DNA of 64,000 nucleotides from Candidatus Caccoplasma sp. (GTDB taxonomy: Bacteria; Bacteroidota; Bacteroidia; Bacteroidales; G3-4614): contig JAZNCN010000026.1 of the NCBI GenBank assembly GCA_045587545.1, forward strand, positions 6,295 to 70,294. The letters run 5' to 3'. The notes under the pieces are model-generated. The model made no database searches. It was not told the DNA's origin and was given only the letters and a program-made list of their open reading frames with translations. The position numbers and the translations under genes were made by a program. This document shows positions 40,810 through 50,632 of the stretch, piece after piece (position 1 is the stretch's first letter; every line of letters starts with the position of its first letter).

Positions 40810-41970
40810 CTATTTGTTCTCTTTCATAGTTGCTTTTTGCAATTTTACTTCTGATTGTTCTTTTGTTATAGGAGTTATCTTCATACCGTTCTTTACAGAT
40901 GTTCCAACTCCTTCTATAACTACACGTTCGCCTACCTTTAGACCATTTGTTACAATGTAGTTTTGATTGAATGTCAATGGTTCAACCTCTATCTGACGTG
41001 TTACGGTTTCATTACTATCGTTTAGGACATATACAAACTTTTTGTCTTGTAGTTCGTATGTGGCTGTTTGAGGAACAAGTAATGCATTTGATATATTTTT
41101 AGGGATTAGGACAGCTCCTGTGTTTCCGCTACGTAAAAGTTGTTTGGCATTTTTAAATCGTGCACTCATTTTTGCAGAACCGGTTTTTGTATCCATAACT
41201 CCACTTATTGTTTCTATTACTCCTTTCTCCTCATAAATTGCTCCGGTTGCAAGTTTTAGCTCTACTTGGGGCATATATTTTAGAATATCATTAACTCCGC
41301 CTTTTTCTGTGTAGAAAAGCATAAACTTTTCGTCTATAGAGAAGTTGGCATACATCTCATTTATCTGCGACACAATTGTCAAAGGGTCCTGGGTTGTAGG
41401 ACCCACAAGATTACCAAGGCTTACCGGAATATTTCCGATTACTCCACTTGACGGGCTCTTAATATAAGTATATTCCAAATTTGTTCTGGCATTCTCCAAC
41501 ATTGCTTGAGCCTGTTCTAATTTAGCTACTGCTTGAGCATATGTGTTCTCCGCCAATTTTCTTTCATATTCACTTATTATCCCTTTTTGTGCAAGGTTTG
41601 CTTTATTATCAGCTGTTAATTTTGCGGTTTCTACATTTGCCTCTGCTATATGTAATGATGCCAACGCTGTATTATACTCTGCTTTATAAACATCATGATC
41701 TATTTCAAACAATATATCTCCTTTCTTTACCATATCTCCTTCACTTACATGAATTTTTATGATAAAGCCAGAAACATTACTTCTTATCTCTGCATCAGAA
41801 TATCCTGAAATTGTTGCAGGAAAAGAGTTCTTAACAACGACACTATCTTCCTTTATTATAGTTATCGCATATTCTGGCGGTGTTTGAGGTTTATTTTCTT
41901 CTTTACATGAAATGACCATAAGCATAATTACAAATGCTATTGCCATATTAAAACAACTACTTAATTTCAT
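40810..41970 (-). CDS. RND efflux periplasmic adaptor (membrane fusion protein)
   Basis: 386 aa with the lipobox MVISCKE, a lipoyl-like hairpin (GDMVKKGDILFEID), a coiled-coil, and a beta-barrel domain. Confidence 0.9.
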   Translation of the reverse strand: MKLSSCFNMAIAFVIMLMVISCKEENKPQTPPEYAITIIKEDSVVVKNSFPATISGYSDAEIRSNVSGFIIKIHVSEGDMVKKGDILFEIDHDVYKAEYNTALASLHIAEANVETAKLTADNKANLAQKGIISEYERKLAENTYAQAVAKLEQAQAMLENARTNLEYTYIKSPSSGVIGNIPVSLGNLVGPTTQDPLTIVSQINEMYANFSIDEKFMLFYTEKGGVNDILKYMPQVELKLATGAIYEEKGVIETISGVMDTKTGSAKMSARFKNAKQLLRSGNTGAVLIPKNISNALLVPQTATYELQDKKFVYVLNDSNETVTRQIEVEPLTFNQNYIVTNGLKVGERVVIEGVGTSVKNGMKITPITKEQSEVKLQKATMKENK

Positions 41971-42001
41971 TATTACTGATTTTATTTAATGTTTATTTCC
42001 T

Positions 42002-42826
42002 TTATTCTATCTGTATTTTATTTGCTTTTACCCTATTTGGCATAAATATTTTTGCCGTATTTTCAAATTTCTCAACAGAGTCTGTTGTTAGATATAATCT
42101 CTCTCCTCCTTTTGTGCATCGTTGCTCCATTTCAGGGTGTCGCTGCAAGTAGTCCTTTAAGCTTGCCGCAACTAACTCTCCTTGTAATATTAAATTAATT
42201 CCCTCAGGAAGTGCTGCACGTATTTTGTTTTCAAGTATAGGATAATGTGTACAGCCCAATATCACAGTGTCTATATCTGGAGACTGAGACATTAATGCAT
42301 CAATATACTTTTTTACAAAATAGTCCGCTCCGGGTGCATCATACTCTGAATTTTCTACTAAAGGTACAAACATAGGACACTCTTGACCATATACTTCAAC
42401 TTCGGGATAGAGTTTTTTTATCTCCAACGGATAGGTTTGAGATTGTATTGTTCCTGTTGTGCCTAATACTCCGACCTTACCGGTTTTTGTTAAAGAGCCT
42501 ATTACTTCAACTGTTGGTCGTATAACACCTAATACTCTTCGGGTGGCATCAATTTGAGGTAAATCTCTAACTTGTATTGAACGCAATGCTTTTGCAGAGG
42601 CTGTATTACATGCCAATATCACAAGAGGAGCACCCATTTTAAACATATGTTTAACTGCCTGTAATGTAAAATCATAAACTGTCTCAAAAGAGCGTGTTCC
42701 ATAGGGTGTACGCGCATTATCACCAAGATAGATATAATCATATTCCGGCATGAGTTTTTCTATCTCCTTCAATATGGTTAATCCACCAAAACCTGAATCA
42801 AATATTGCTATTGCTCCTCTCTGCAT
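42002..42826 (-). CDS. murI: Glutamate racemase
   Basis: 274 aa with IFDSGFGGLT, ILACNTAS (first catalytic Cys) and LGCTHYP (second catalytic Cys). Confidence 0.95.
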   Translation of the reverse strand: MQRGAIAIFDSGFGGLTILKEIEKLMPEYDYIYLGDNARTPYGTRSFETVYDFTLQAVKHMFKMGAPLVILACNTASAKALRSIQVRDLPQIDATRRVLGVIRPTVEVIGSLTKTGKVGVLGTTGTIQSQTYPLEIKKLYPEVEVYGQECPMFVPLVENSEYDAPGADYFVKKYIDALMSQSPDIDTVILGCTHYPILENKIRAALPEGINLILQGELVAASLKDYLQRHPEMEQRCTKGGERLYLTTDSVEKFENTAKIFMPNRVKANKIQIE

Positions 42827-42850
42827 ATCCTTTATTTTAGTTTTGTAAAA

Positions 42851-42900
42851 ATATAAAAAATATGAGAATTTAAATTATCATTTTAACTTAATTCTCATAT
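42851..42900 (-). terminator. Terminator after the third ompH paralogue
   Basis: 11-bp inverted repeat ATATGAGAATT / AATTCTCATAT (42860-70 / 42890-900). The minus strand continues into T6. The 19-nt loop makes it only moderate. Confidence 0.55.
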
Positions 42901-42942
42901 TTTAATTTAATTATTTCTTATTTAACAATTATATTATACTTT

Positions 42943-43461
42943 CTACTCAATTCCTAATTTTAATTTTACCATAGGGGTAATATCTTCAAAAGCACATCCT
43001 TTATATAGCATATTGCGCTCGTCTATTACAAATGCATAACCTCCTTCTGCGCCTACCAATTGAACTGTCTCCAAGAGTTTTTTCTTTATTGGTTCTAATA
43101 ATAATTGTTGCTGTTCCTTTATGTCATTTTGAGCAACTTTCATAAAATCTTCAATTGATTTAGATATTAATTGCAACTCTTGCTCTCTTCTGACTCTTAT
43201 ATTGTCTGACATATTCTCACGAGATTCAACATATGCCGAATATTTTTTCTCAAATTCGTTCTTTATATTTTGTTGTTCTGCCTCATACTCCTTTGCTAAA
43301 TCAGATATTTTTTTATTTGCATCAATGGTTTCGGGCATGAGAGTAAATATTTCCTGCATATTTACTGTAGCAAATTTTAATTCTGTTTGAGCTGAAAGGC
43401 AAAAAGGTATAGCAACAAATACCAATATTATCAATCGTTTAATCATATTCCTTAATATCAA
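42943..43461 (-). CDS. OmpH/Skp-family periplasmic chaperone (paralogue 3)
   Basis: 172 aa with a signal peptide, a long coiled-coil body, and conserved ends (ELKFATVNMQEIF ... EDITPMVKLKLGIE) closely parallel to paralogue 2. Confidence 0.8.
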   Translation of the reverse strand: MILRNMIKRLIILVFVAIPFCLSAQTELKFATVNMQEIFTLMPETIDANKKISDLAKEYEAEQQNIKNEFEKKYSAYVESRENMSDNIRVRREQELQLISKSIEDFMKVAQNDIKEQQQLLLEPIKKKLLETVQLVGAEGGYAFVIDERNMLYKGCAFEDITPMVKLKLGIE

Positions 43462-43519
43462 AAAAAAGAAACAAGAGAGTTATTTTCATAACCCTCTTAT
43501 TTCATTGTTTAACTTATAT

Positions 43520-44020
43520 TTATTGTATTCCTAATTTTGCTTTAACTTTTGGAGTTACATCTTCTGTTACAGATCCCTTAAATCTTATTTGCATTTCATC
43601 TAAGATGTAAACATAATTACCTTCTGTACCTACTTCATTAATAGCCTGCATCAATTTTTCATTTATTGGTGCCATTAATTTTTCTTGCTCTTTTTGCACA
43701 TCGTCAGCAGCCATTTGTCTGAAAGTTTCTGCTCTTTGTTGTAGGTCTGCCAATTCTGCTTCACGTGCTGCTATAATGTTTTCAGGAAGAGAATCGCGTT
43801 GATTTATATAATCCGCATATTTTTTTTGTAACTCTTCTCCCATTTTTGTTAACTCAGCCTCATACTTCTTATTTTTTTCTTGTAATGCTCCTAATGCCGC
43901 TGTTGTTTCGGGCATCATTTGAAAAATTTCTTGTGCATTTACTGTTCCAAATTTAAGTTCTTGTGCTGATACACATAAGGGCAATACTATAAATGCCACT
44001 ACTAAAAGTTTCTTTAACAT
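43520..44020 (-). CDS. OmpH/Skp-family periplasmic chaperone (paralogue 2)
   Basis: 166 aa with a signal peptide; ELKFGTVNAQEIF ... EDVTPKVKAKLGIQ. Confidence 0.8.
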   Translation of the reverse strand: MLKKLLVVAFIVLPLCVSAQELKFGTVNAQEIFQMMPETTAALGALQEKNKKYEAELTKMGEELQKKYADYINQRDSLPENIIAAREAELADLQQRAETFRQMAADDVQKEQEKLMAPINEKLMQAINEVGTEGNYVYILDEMQIRFKGSVTEDVTPKVKAKLGIQ

Positions 44021-44075
44021 ATTAATTTTAGTTTTTTAGGTTAATCATTTTTATTGTTATTGCAAAATTAGATAT

Positions 44076-44594
44076 TTATTTTGAATATCCCAACTTTGAC
44101 AAAACTTCGTTACTTATATCAATTCTTGGTGATGCATATATTACACTTGCTGCAGATGCTCTATCCATTACCATCTGGTATCCTTTATTGTCTGATATCG
44201 TTTTTACAGCTTCGTATATATCGTCCTGAATAGGTTTCATCAAAGCTTCTCGTTTTTTAAACAATTCTCCTTCAGGTCCAAAATATGAACGCTTTAACTC
44301 TTGTGTTTTTTTATCCTCAGCCAATATCTCCTCCTCTTTTGATTTTTTTTGCTCGTCTGTATAGAATATTGAGTTTGATTGATAATCTTTATACATTGTT
44401 TCAACTTTGGCCGCTTGTTGCTCTATCTCCTTCTCCCACTTTTGTGATACTTGCTTCAACTGTTCGTTAGCCATTTCATATGCCGGTATATTTTTTAATA
44501 TATACTCCATATCAATAAGCGCAAACTTTTGTGCATTCACCTCTATAGCCGCTACTGCCAAAAGCAGTCCTAAAATAATTGATAATTTTTTCAT
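44076..44594 (-). CDS. OmpH/Skp-family periplasmic chaperone (paralogue 1, divergent)
   Basis: 172 aa with a signal peptide; KFALIDMEYIL ... ISNEVLSKLGY. It lies directly downstream of bamA. Confidence 0.75.
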   Translation of the reverse strand: MKKLSIILGLLLAVAAIEVNAQKFALIDMEYILKNIPAYEMANEQLKQVSQKWEKEIEQQAAKVETMYKDYQSNSIFYTDEQKKSKEEEILAEDKKTQELKRSYFGPEGELFKKREALMKPIQDDIYEAVKTISDNKGYQMVMDRASAASVIYASPRIDISNEVLSKLGYSK

Positions 44595-44655
44595 AATATC
44601 CGTTTTTTAGTTGTTTCTACCTTTTTGACAGAAAAAACTCTCTATGGTTTAAAAA

Positions 44656-47283
44656 CTAAAATTCTTGTCCTATTATAAAGTGTATTTGACTTCCTCCAAC
44701 TTCATTATATGTTGGGAAAGGTTTATCAAATCCATATGCCCAATCAATTCCCATAAGTCCTATCATAGGCAAGAATATCCTGACTCCAACTCCTGCAGAT
44801 TTCTTCAAATTAAAGGGGTTGAAATCTTTTACTTCAGTCCATGCATTACCTCCCTCAACAAATGCCAATGCATATATTGTAGTTGAGCCTTCCATCATAA
44901 TGGGACAACGCATTTCCAACCCAAAACGTGTATATGCATAGCCATCGTAACCATATGGCGTTAATGATCCATTCTCATATCCTCGCAATGCAATGGTCTC
45001 AGTTGCATATGTGCTACTATAGCCAGACATTCCGTCTCCTCCCATATAATAGGTTTCAAATGGCGATTTTTTATTTTTTGTATATGAGCCTAATATTCCT
45101 GCTTCAGCTCGAGCCATCAACACGAGGGTGTATTTTGAATCGTATTTGGTTAAAGGCAAGAATATACGACCTTTAATTTTCCATTTGTGATACTCTATCC
45201 ACTTATATTTTTCCGAGTCTGATGCTGTAGCATAATCAACATTCTCCCATAATGAATATGGTGGGGTCAGGTTACATGACAATATAAATTCTGATCCTCG
45301 GCGTGTATATAATGGGTTATCCATAGAGTTGCGCGATAGTGTCAAGCCCAACGAAATGCTATGTGATTTACCATTTTGCATATAGTACATATATTGCCAA
45401 TCCTTCAATACATATAACTGATAATTTATACTTGCTACAAATTGGAAATAGTCATCAGGCCAATTCAAACGTTTACCAAATCCTAATGAAACTCCAAAAA
45501 GTTGCAACGATTTATCAGGGTCATATGCGTATCCATAACTATAACTATTATTGTAATAGCCATTATAATATCCTCCGTATGAGTATGGATCGTAATAGTT
45601 ATTATTATAATAGTTTGAACTTACATCGGTTTGACGGCTATAATATGCAGAAAAACTCAATGAGTTCGGACGCTTGCCTCCAAACCATGGATCAAGGAAC
45701 GAAATACTATATGATTGATAGTATCTTGCATTTGTTTGCGCACTTATTGAAAACTGCTGTCCTTGTCCTTGGGGTATTATTCCTTTATATGATTTTGGAT
45801 TGAAAAGGTTTTTAAACGAGAAGTTGGTAAATTTCAAACTAATTTTTCCGATGACTCCTGTTTGTCCCCAACCCAAAGAGAACTCAATCTGGTCGTTTGC
45901 TTTTGACTCTAATCCATATATTATATCAACCGTTCCGCTTTCCGGGTCCGGTTCAGGACGGATATCCATTGTTTCAGGGTTAAAATGTCCCATCTGTGCT
46001 ATTTCGCGAGCCGAACGCATTAAATCGGATTTACTAAATAGCTCTCCGGGGCGTGTTCGCAATTCACGACGTACAACCTCTTCATACAAACGGTCATTTC
46101 CCTTTATTATAACTCTGTTTATACGAGCTTGAGGTCCTTCTACTATTCGCATCTCCAAATCAATAGAGTCGTTTATAACATTTACTTCAACAGGGTCAAT
46201 ATTAAAGAACAGATAACCGTTATCCATATATAAACTTGAGATGGCATCTTCATCTTCAGTCATTCTTTGTCGCAATAACTTTTGATTATATACATCTCCG
46301 GGCTTCATTCTTAATAATTGAGCCAACAATTCTGTTGGATAGATTGTATTACCTACCCAATTTATACTTTTAAGATAATATTTATCTCCTTCAAAAATAT
46401 CTATATATACATCAACTTTATCATCTTTATAGGGAACAACACTATCTGATACTATATACGCATCACGATATCCTAATTCATTATATTTTTCAATAATTAG
46501 GTCAAGGTCTCCACGATACTCTTTTTCAATGAATTTTTTAGACTTGAAAAGTTTCCTTATATCACCCTTCTCATTTGTCTTCTTCATTGCTTTTTTTATC
46601 TTTTTCTCATCTAATAAAGAATCTCCTGTTATATATATTTTATGAACTTTTACTTTTGATTTTTTATCAATGTATATATCAACTATCGCATGATTTTTCT
46701 TTGACAAATCGGGGTGCTGTACAATTCTGACAGTTGCATTTTTGTAACCCTTCTCATCAAAGTGTTTTTTTATTATCTTCTCTGCCCTGTCAATTATATT
46801 TGGTGTTAACTGCCCTCCTTTGGTTATTCCTATTTTCCCTGAAATATCGTCTTTATCACTCTTTTTTATTCCTTGTATTCTTATATCTGATATTCGCGGT
46901 TGCTCGGTCAAATCAATATTCAGCCAAGCTTTGTTCCCTGATGTTTTGGTAAGAGATATTGAAACATCTGAGAATAGCCCTTGCTTCCAAAAGCGCTTTA
47001 CAGCATCAGTTATTTCGTCTCCGGGAATTTTTATTATCTCGCCTACAGAAAGTCCTGAAAAGCCTATTACGACATAATCATCATAACTCTCTGCTCCTGT
47101 TACCGTAATACCTGCTATTTCATATTTGCGAGGAGATGAATAATCAACCTTTGGATTTGTAATAGTATCTTGATTTACAGGGCTTTGCTGTGCCTTAATT
47201 GTTATAAATGCAGGCATAACAAGTATAAGGGCTGTTGCCAATACTATTTTTTTATAATATGTATATATTTTCTTTGAAATCAT
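44656..47283 (-). CDS. bamA: Outer membrane protein assembly factor BamA
   Basis: 875 aa with five POTRA-like repeats and a C-terminal Omp85 barrel ending FIIGQEF. It contains a Tyr/Asn-rich loop ([30 protein letters not shown]). Confidence 0.95.
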   Translation of the reverse strand: MISKKIYTYYKKIVLATALILVMPAFITIKAQQSPVNQDTITNPKVDYSSPRKYEIAGITVTGAESYDDYVVIGFSGLSVGEIIKIPGDEITDAVKRFWKQGLFSDVSISLTKTSGNKAWLNIDLTEQPRISDIRIQGIKKSDKDDISGKIGITKGGQLTPNIIDRAEKIIKKHFDEKGYKNATVRIVQHPDLSKKNHAIVDIYIDKKSKVKVHKIYITGDSLLDEKKIKKAMKKTNEKGDIRKLFKSKKFIEKEYRGDLDLIIEKYNELGYRDAYIVSDSVVPYKDDKVDVYIDIFEGDKYYLKSINWVGNTIYPTELLAQLLRMKPGDVYNQKLLRQRMTEDEDAISSLYMDNGYLFFNIDPVEVNVINDSIDLEMRIVEGPQARINRVIIKGNDRLYEEVVRRELRTRPGELFSKSDLMRSAREIAQMGHFNPETMDIRPEPDPESGTVDIIYGLESKANDQIEFSLGWGQTGVIGKISLKFTNFSFKNLFNPKSYKGIIPQGQGQQFSISAQTNARYYQSYSISFLDPWFGGKRPNSLSFSAYYSRQTDVSSNYYNNNYYDPYSYGGYYNGYYNNSYSYGYAYDPDKSLQLFGVSLGFGKRLNWPDDYFQFVASINYQLYVLKDWQYMYYMQNGKSHSISLGLTLSRNSMDNPLYTRRGSEFILSCNLTPPYSLWENVDYATASDSEKYKWIEYHKWKIKGRIFLPLTKYDSKYTLVLMARAEAGILGSYTKNKKSPFETYYMGGDGMSGYSSTYATETIALRGYENGSLTPYGYDGYAYTRFGLEMRCPIMMEGSTTIYALAFVEGGNAWTEVKDFNPFNLKKSAGVGVRIFLPMIGLMGIDWAYGFDKPFPTYNEVGGSQIHFIIGQEF

Positions 47284-48020
47284 AATTGTTCACTTGTTTT
47301 TCCAAATCTCCTTTCGCGCATCTGATAGTCACATATTGCCTTACAAAGGCTCTCTTTGTTAAAATCAGGCCAATATTCCGGAGTAAAATATAACTCAGAA
47401 TATGATATCTGCCACATCAAAAAATTACTTATTCTCTCTTCTCCTCCTGTTCTAATAAGAAGATCTGGGTCAGGAATTGATGCTGTTGTTAATGATTTTG
47501 AGATTGTATCTTCGTTAATGGACTCTATTGAAATTTCGCCATCTTTTACAGATGTCGCAATTTTTTTTACTGCTTCTACTATCTCCCAACGAGATGAGTA
47601 ACTTAATGCAAGAACAAGGGTTACTCCTGTACCTGCCGCTGTGTCTGAGATGCATTTATTAAGACGTTGACGTACCTCTTCCGGCATACGAGCAATATTC
47701 CCTATTGCTTGAAGACGAACATTATTTTTTATCAAATCGGGAGTCTCTCGTTCAATTGCCATTACCATTAACGACATCAAAGCATCAATTTCTTCTTGGG
47801 GGCGATTCCAATTTTCAGTAGAAAACGTATATAGTGTAAGATATTTTATTCCCAATTCTGATGCAGCTTCGGTTATGGTTCTAACGGTATCAACACCCTT
47901 TTTATGTCCGTATGAACGATCTAAACCTTGAGCCTTTGCCCAACGTCCATTACCGTCCATAATTATAGCTATATGCTCCGGCAAGCGATTTTTGTCAATT
48001 TTATCTATATAAGATTCCAT
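47280..48020 (-). CDS. uppS: Undecaprenyl-diphosphate synthase (isoprenyl transferase)
   Basis: 246 aa with [22 protein letters not shown] and [16 protein letters not shown]. It overlaps the bamA start by 4 nt. Confidence 0.95.
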   Translation of the reverse strand: MESYIDKIDKNRLPEHIAIIMDGNGRWAKAQGLDRSYGHKKGVDTVRTITEAASELGIKYLTLYTFSTENWNRPQEEIDALMSLMVMAIERETPDLIKNNVRLQAIGNIARMPEEVRQRLNKCISDTAAGTGVTLVLALSYSSRWEIVEAVKKIATSVKDGEISIESINEDTISKSLTTASIPDPDLLIRTGGEERISNFLMWQISYSELYFTPEYWPDFNKESLCKAICDYQMRERRFGKTSEQL

Positions 48021-48035
48021 CTTAATAATATTATT

Positions 48036-48710
48036 CTACTCAATGTTTGGACATATACGACGTTTTAATCCAAAATCATATGTTACTGAAAACATGGTAT
48101 ATGAATGCCAATCGGTGTTTTTAAGAGCCGAACTCTCTATTTGATAAGGGTCGTCAAGTGATTTTCCGTCCATCTTGTCGCCAATGTTCTTTCTCATAGA
48201 AAATTCAAACATTAAATTCCACCTCTTGCCAACCTTATATTTGACACCTACTCCTAACGGGAAGTTTAATGCATAATAACCATCTCCGCTTTTAGGTACC
48301 ATTACAAAACCAACTCCTAACAGGATATATGGAGAAATCCTTTTGGTATTCAAATAGCTCTGCCCTATTCCGTAATTAAAGAAATTGAACTCGGCTTGTA
48401 ATCCCAAATCAAACAACTGTCTCTTAAAAGAGTACGTTGCTCCTGACGGATAATACAACTCTAACTGAGAGGTTTCTCCTTTTACCTTTGCTGTTGATAA
48501 TCCGCATTTTAATGCCCATCTGTAATTGATGTTCCATCGAAATGCCATATCTGCGGCAAATCCCGGTTTTCGGAATGGTTTTGATGGATTGGCATCACCC
48601 ATATAAAAACCTATTCCTGCTCCTGCACCAATCTCATACTTATAAGATTGTGCACATATAAGCATTGTTGAGGTAATAAGAAATAATATTATTAAATATA
48701 TTTTGTTCAT
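48036..48710 (-). CDS. Small outer-membrane beta-barrel protein of unknown function (DUF6089-like by recall)
   Basis: 224 aa with a signal peptide and alternating beta-strand pattern. It is 15 nt upstream of uppS, a position where Bacteroidetes commonly carry such a gene. Confidence 0.5.
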   Translation of the reverse strand: MNKIYLIILFLITSTMLICAQSYKYEIGAGAGIGFYMGDANPSKPFRKPGFAADMAFRWNINYRWALKCGLSTAKVKGETSQLELYYPSGATYSFKRQLFDLGLQAEFNFFNYGIGQSYLNTKRISPYILLGVGFVMVPKSGDGYYALNFPLGVGVKYKVGKRWNLMFEFSMRKNIGDKMDGKSLDDPYQIESSALKNTDWHSYTMFSVTYDFGLKRRICPNIE

Positions 48711-48785
48711 TGTTTTCTGTATCTATAAACAAGCATGTTTATATTGAACGTAAAATCTTTAATAAAATTATCTCTTATACATGTT

Positions 48786-50339
48786 TTATGGTATCGGAGG
48801 GAATGTTAATCTCCAAATAACTCCTTTCCAAACCTCATTTATAAATTTATATTGTAATGAGTTTGAACCTCCAACCATATATATATATGGTACGATTTGT
48901 TCTTCATCACTCTTTAACGAATATAACTTTGTTATATCTTTTGTATTTATCAACTCTATATCTCTCCATAAAGCCGAACCTCCATACGATTGAGTTGTTA
49001 GAGCCTCATCAACTACAAAAGCATCGGCATACATTCTTGGAGTAATTTCAGAAGGTAGAGCCATTGGAGATGTTACACCTGCTTTTTTCCATTTTCCTCC
49101 AAGATTTGTTGTATAATATAAATCTTTTAGCATTTCATTTCCATCATAGCCTCCTATTATAAAGTATGTTAAAACTTTCTTATGAAGATCTATCTCTGAA
49201 TTATACTCATAAGTGTAATAAGTAAATAGCGACGCTCCTTTTCTTGGTGTTATTAAGGAACCTCCACTTACAGCATTGTTAAGTATTGCCCAATTTGTTC
49301 CATCAAATCCCCAGACTGCATTTGAGAGAGAGCCATCTTGCAACTCACCACATGCTATTACAAGTTGTGATTGTGTCCATTTACTTGAGAAGTAAATTGG
49401 TTGAGAAAAGCCTGATATAGGGAAATCGTCAGATAATGATGACACTACAATATCTCCTGTTAATATATTGAGCGACGCATGTTTATACTCATCATTTTCT
49501 TTAACCACCGCTATAAGATTATTTAAATCATATATTCCTATTAATGATATTGGTGTATAGTTTGAGAATAATGATGACTCTACAAATGTCATATTATCTA
49601 TATCTGAACAAACATACAACTTGTTATCTTGACTCAATACATACAACGAGCTACCTGCCACGGTTAATGAACGCCAATCCATAAGAGGCAATGACACTTC
49701 TCCTCTGCTTTCCCACGAGGCAAAATCAAAAGTTCTATATAACTCTAATGTAGCATTTGCATCTTGAGCAAAGAGATAATATCCATTCTGTGTAGAGATA
49801 CATTTTGCTGAAATTACGTCTTTCAGATTATCAGATATAGTAGTTGTTTCAATTTTTTTCCAATATAGCGAATCGGCTACAACTTTATGGACATTTACCT
49901 TTAGTGTATATGTTTGACTTGTATTGCCATCTGCAGCAATAACTCTCATTTTTACTTTATTATCATCACTCTTGGTAAAGTCAACTGCCGCATTACTTGT
50001 TGCCAAATAACTGAAATTTCGTTCTATGCCTTCCGCATCTTCATAGCTTATATATACATTTGCGGGATTCATAAAAGTAGCTTTTATTGCTATTGCCGAA
50101 ACATCTGTACCTTTAGGCAGCGAATCGGCATTGTATATTACACTTTTATCAAGGTCTATAGTAAAAAATATACTATCAAGGTTTGACAAAACTTCTGTAT
50201 TTTTTTGTAACGAAAAGGCGCAAACCATTGTATTTTGCTTTGAATAATATAGCCCGTCTTCATCAAGGTCTCCACATGCCGATGACAATAGTACTATAAA
50301 AATTGCGCCAATAAGAAATAGTTTATTTATAAATTTCAT
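48786..50339 (-). CDS. Lipoprotein of unknown function
   Basis: 517 aa with the lipobox LLSSACGD. The N-terminal half looks like Ig-like beta-sandwich repeats, and the C-terminal half has repeated beta-rich blocks suggestive of a propeller. No catalytic motif was recognised. Confidence 0.45.
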   Translation of the reverse strand: MKFINKLFLIGAIFIVLLSSACGDLDEDGLYYSKQNTMVCAFSLQKNTEVLSNLDSIFFTIDLDKSVIYNADSLPKGTDVSAIAIKATFMNPANVYISYEDAEGIERNFSYLATSNAAVDFTKSDDNKVKMRVIAADGNTSQTYTLKVNVHKVVADSLYWKKIETTTISDNLKDVISAKCISTQNGYYLFAQDANATLELYRTFDFASWESRGEVSLPLMDWRSLTVAGSSLYVLSQDNKLYVCSDIDNMTFVESSLFSNYTPISLIGIYDLNNLIAVVKENDEYKHASLNILTGDIVVSSLSDDFPISGFSQPIYFSSKWTQSQLVIACGELQDGSLSNAVWGFDGTNWAILNNAVSGGSLITPRKGASLFTYYTYEYNSEIDLHKKVLTYFIIGGYDGNEMLKDLYYTTNLGGKWKKAGVTSPMALPSEITPRMYADAFVVDEALTTQSYGGSALWRDIELINTKDITKLYSLKSDEEQIVPYIYMVGGSNSLQYKFINEVWKGVIWRLTFPPIP

Positions 50340-50361
50340 CTGTACATACTTTTACAAGATG

Positions 50362-50369
50362 CAAAGATA
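50362..50369 (-). promoter_or_regulatory. -7-type promoter box (TATCTTTG on minus strand)
   Basis: The reverse complement of CAAAGATA matches TAnnTTTG, 23 nt before the ATG at 50339. Confidence 0.45.
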
Positions 50370-50456
50370 GTAAGAATTTTTTGCTTTTCCCTTATAAATA
50401 AGGTAACAAATATGAAATAAATATGTTAATAGAAGTTTAAATTTAGAGAGAGAGAG

Positions 50457-50497
50457 GATAATAAAAGAGCGAAAAGATTTTTCTCTTCTCGCTCTTT
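50457..50497 (-). terminator. Probable terminator downstream of ribD
   Basis: The 14-position stem 50464-50477 / 50484-50497 forms 13 pairs with one mismatch and a 6-nt loop. The minus strand continues TTTTATT. It lies 136 nt after the ribD stop. Confidence 0.5.
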
Positions 50498-50632
50498 ATA
50501 GTTTAACCTCTCTAAATTAAGAGAAAAGGATATATTACTATTTACAAATAACTTTTATAACTTCTGAGTTTACTTTTACCGACAATAAGCCTTTAATATT
50601 CAAATCTAAGGGGTTTGCAATCTCTCCCCTCT

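Noticed and set aside
45339-45803. 154-aa ORF antisense to bamA, with similar antisense ORFs at 39488-39886, 37739-38077 and 51219-51569
   Set aside because: All are embedded in strongly supported genes (bamA, the RND pump, ribD) and have no start context or recognisable domains.
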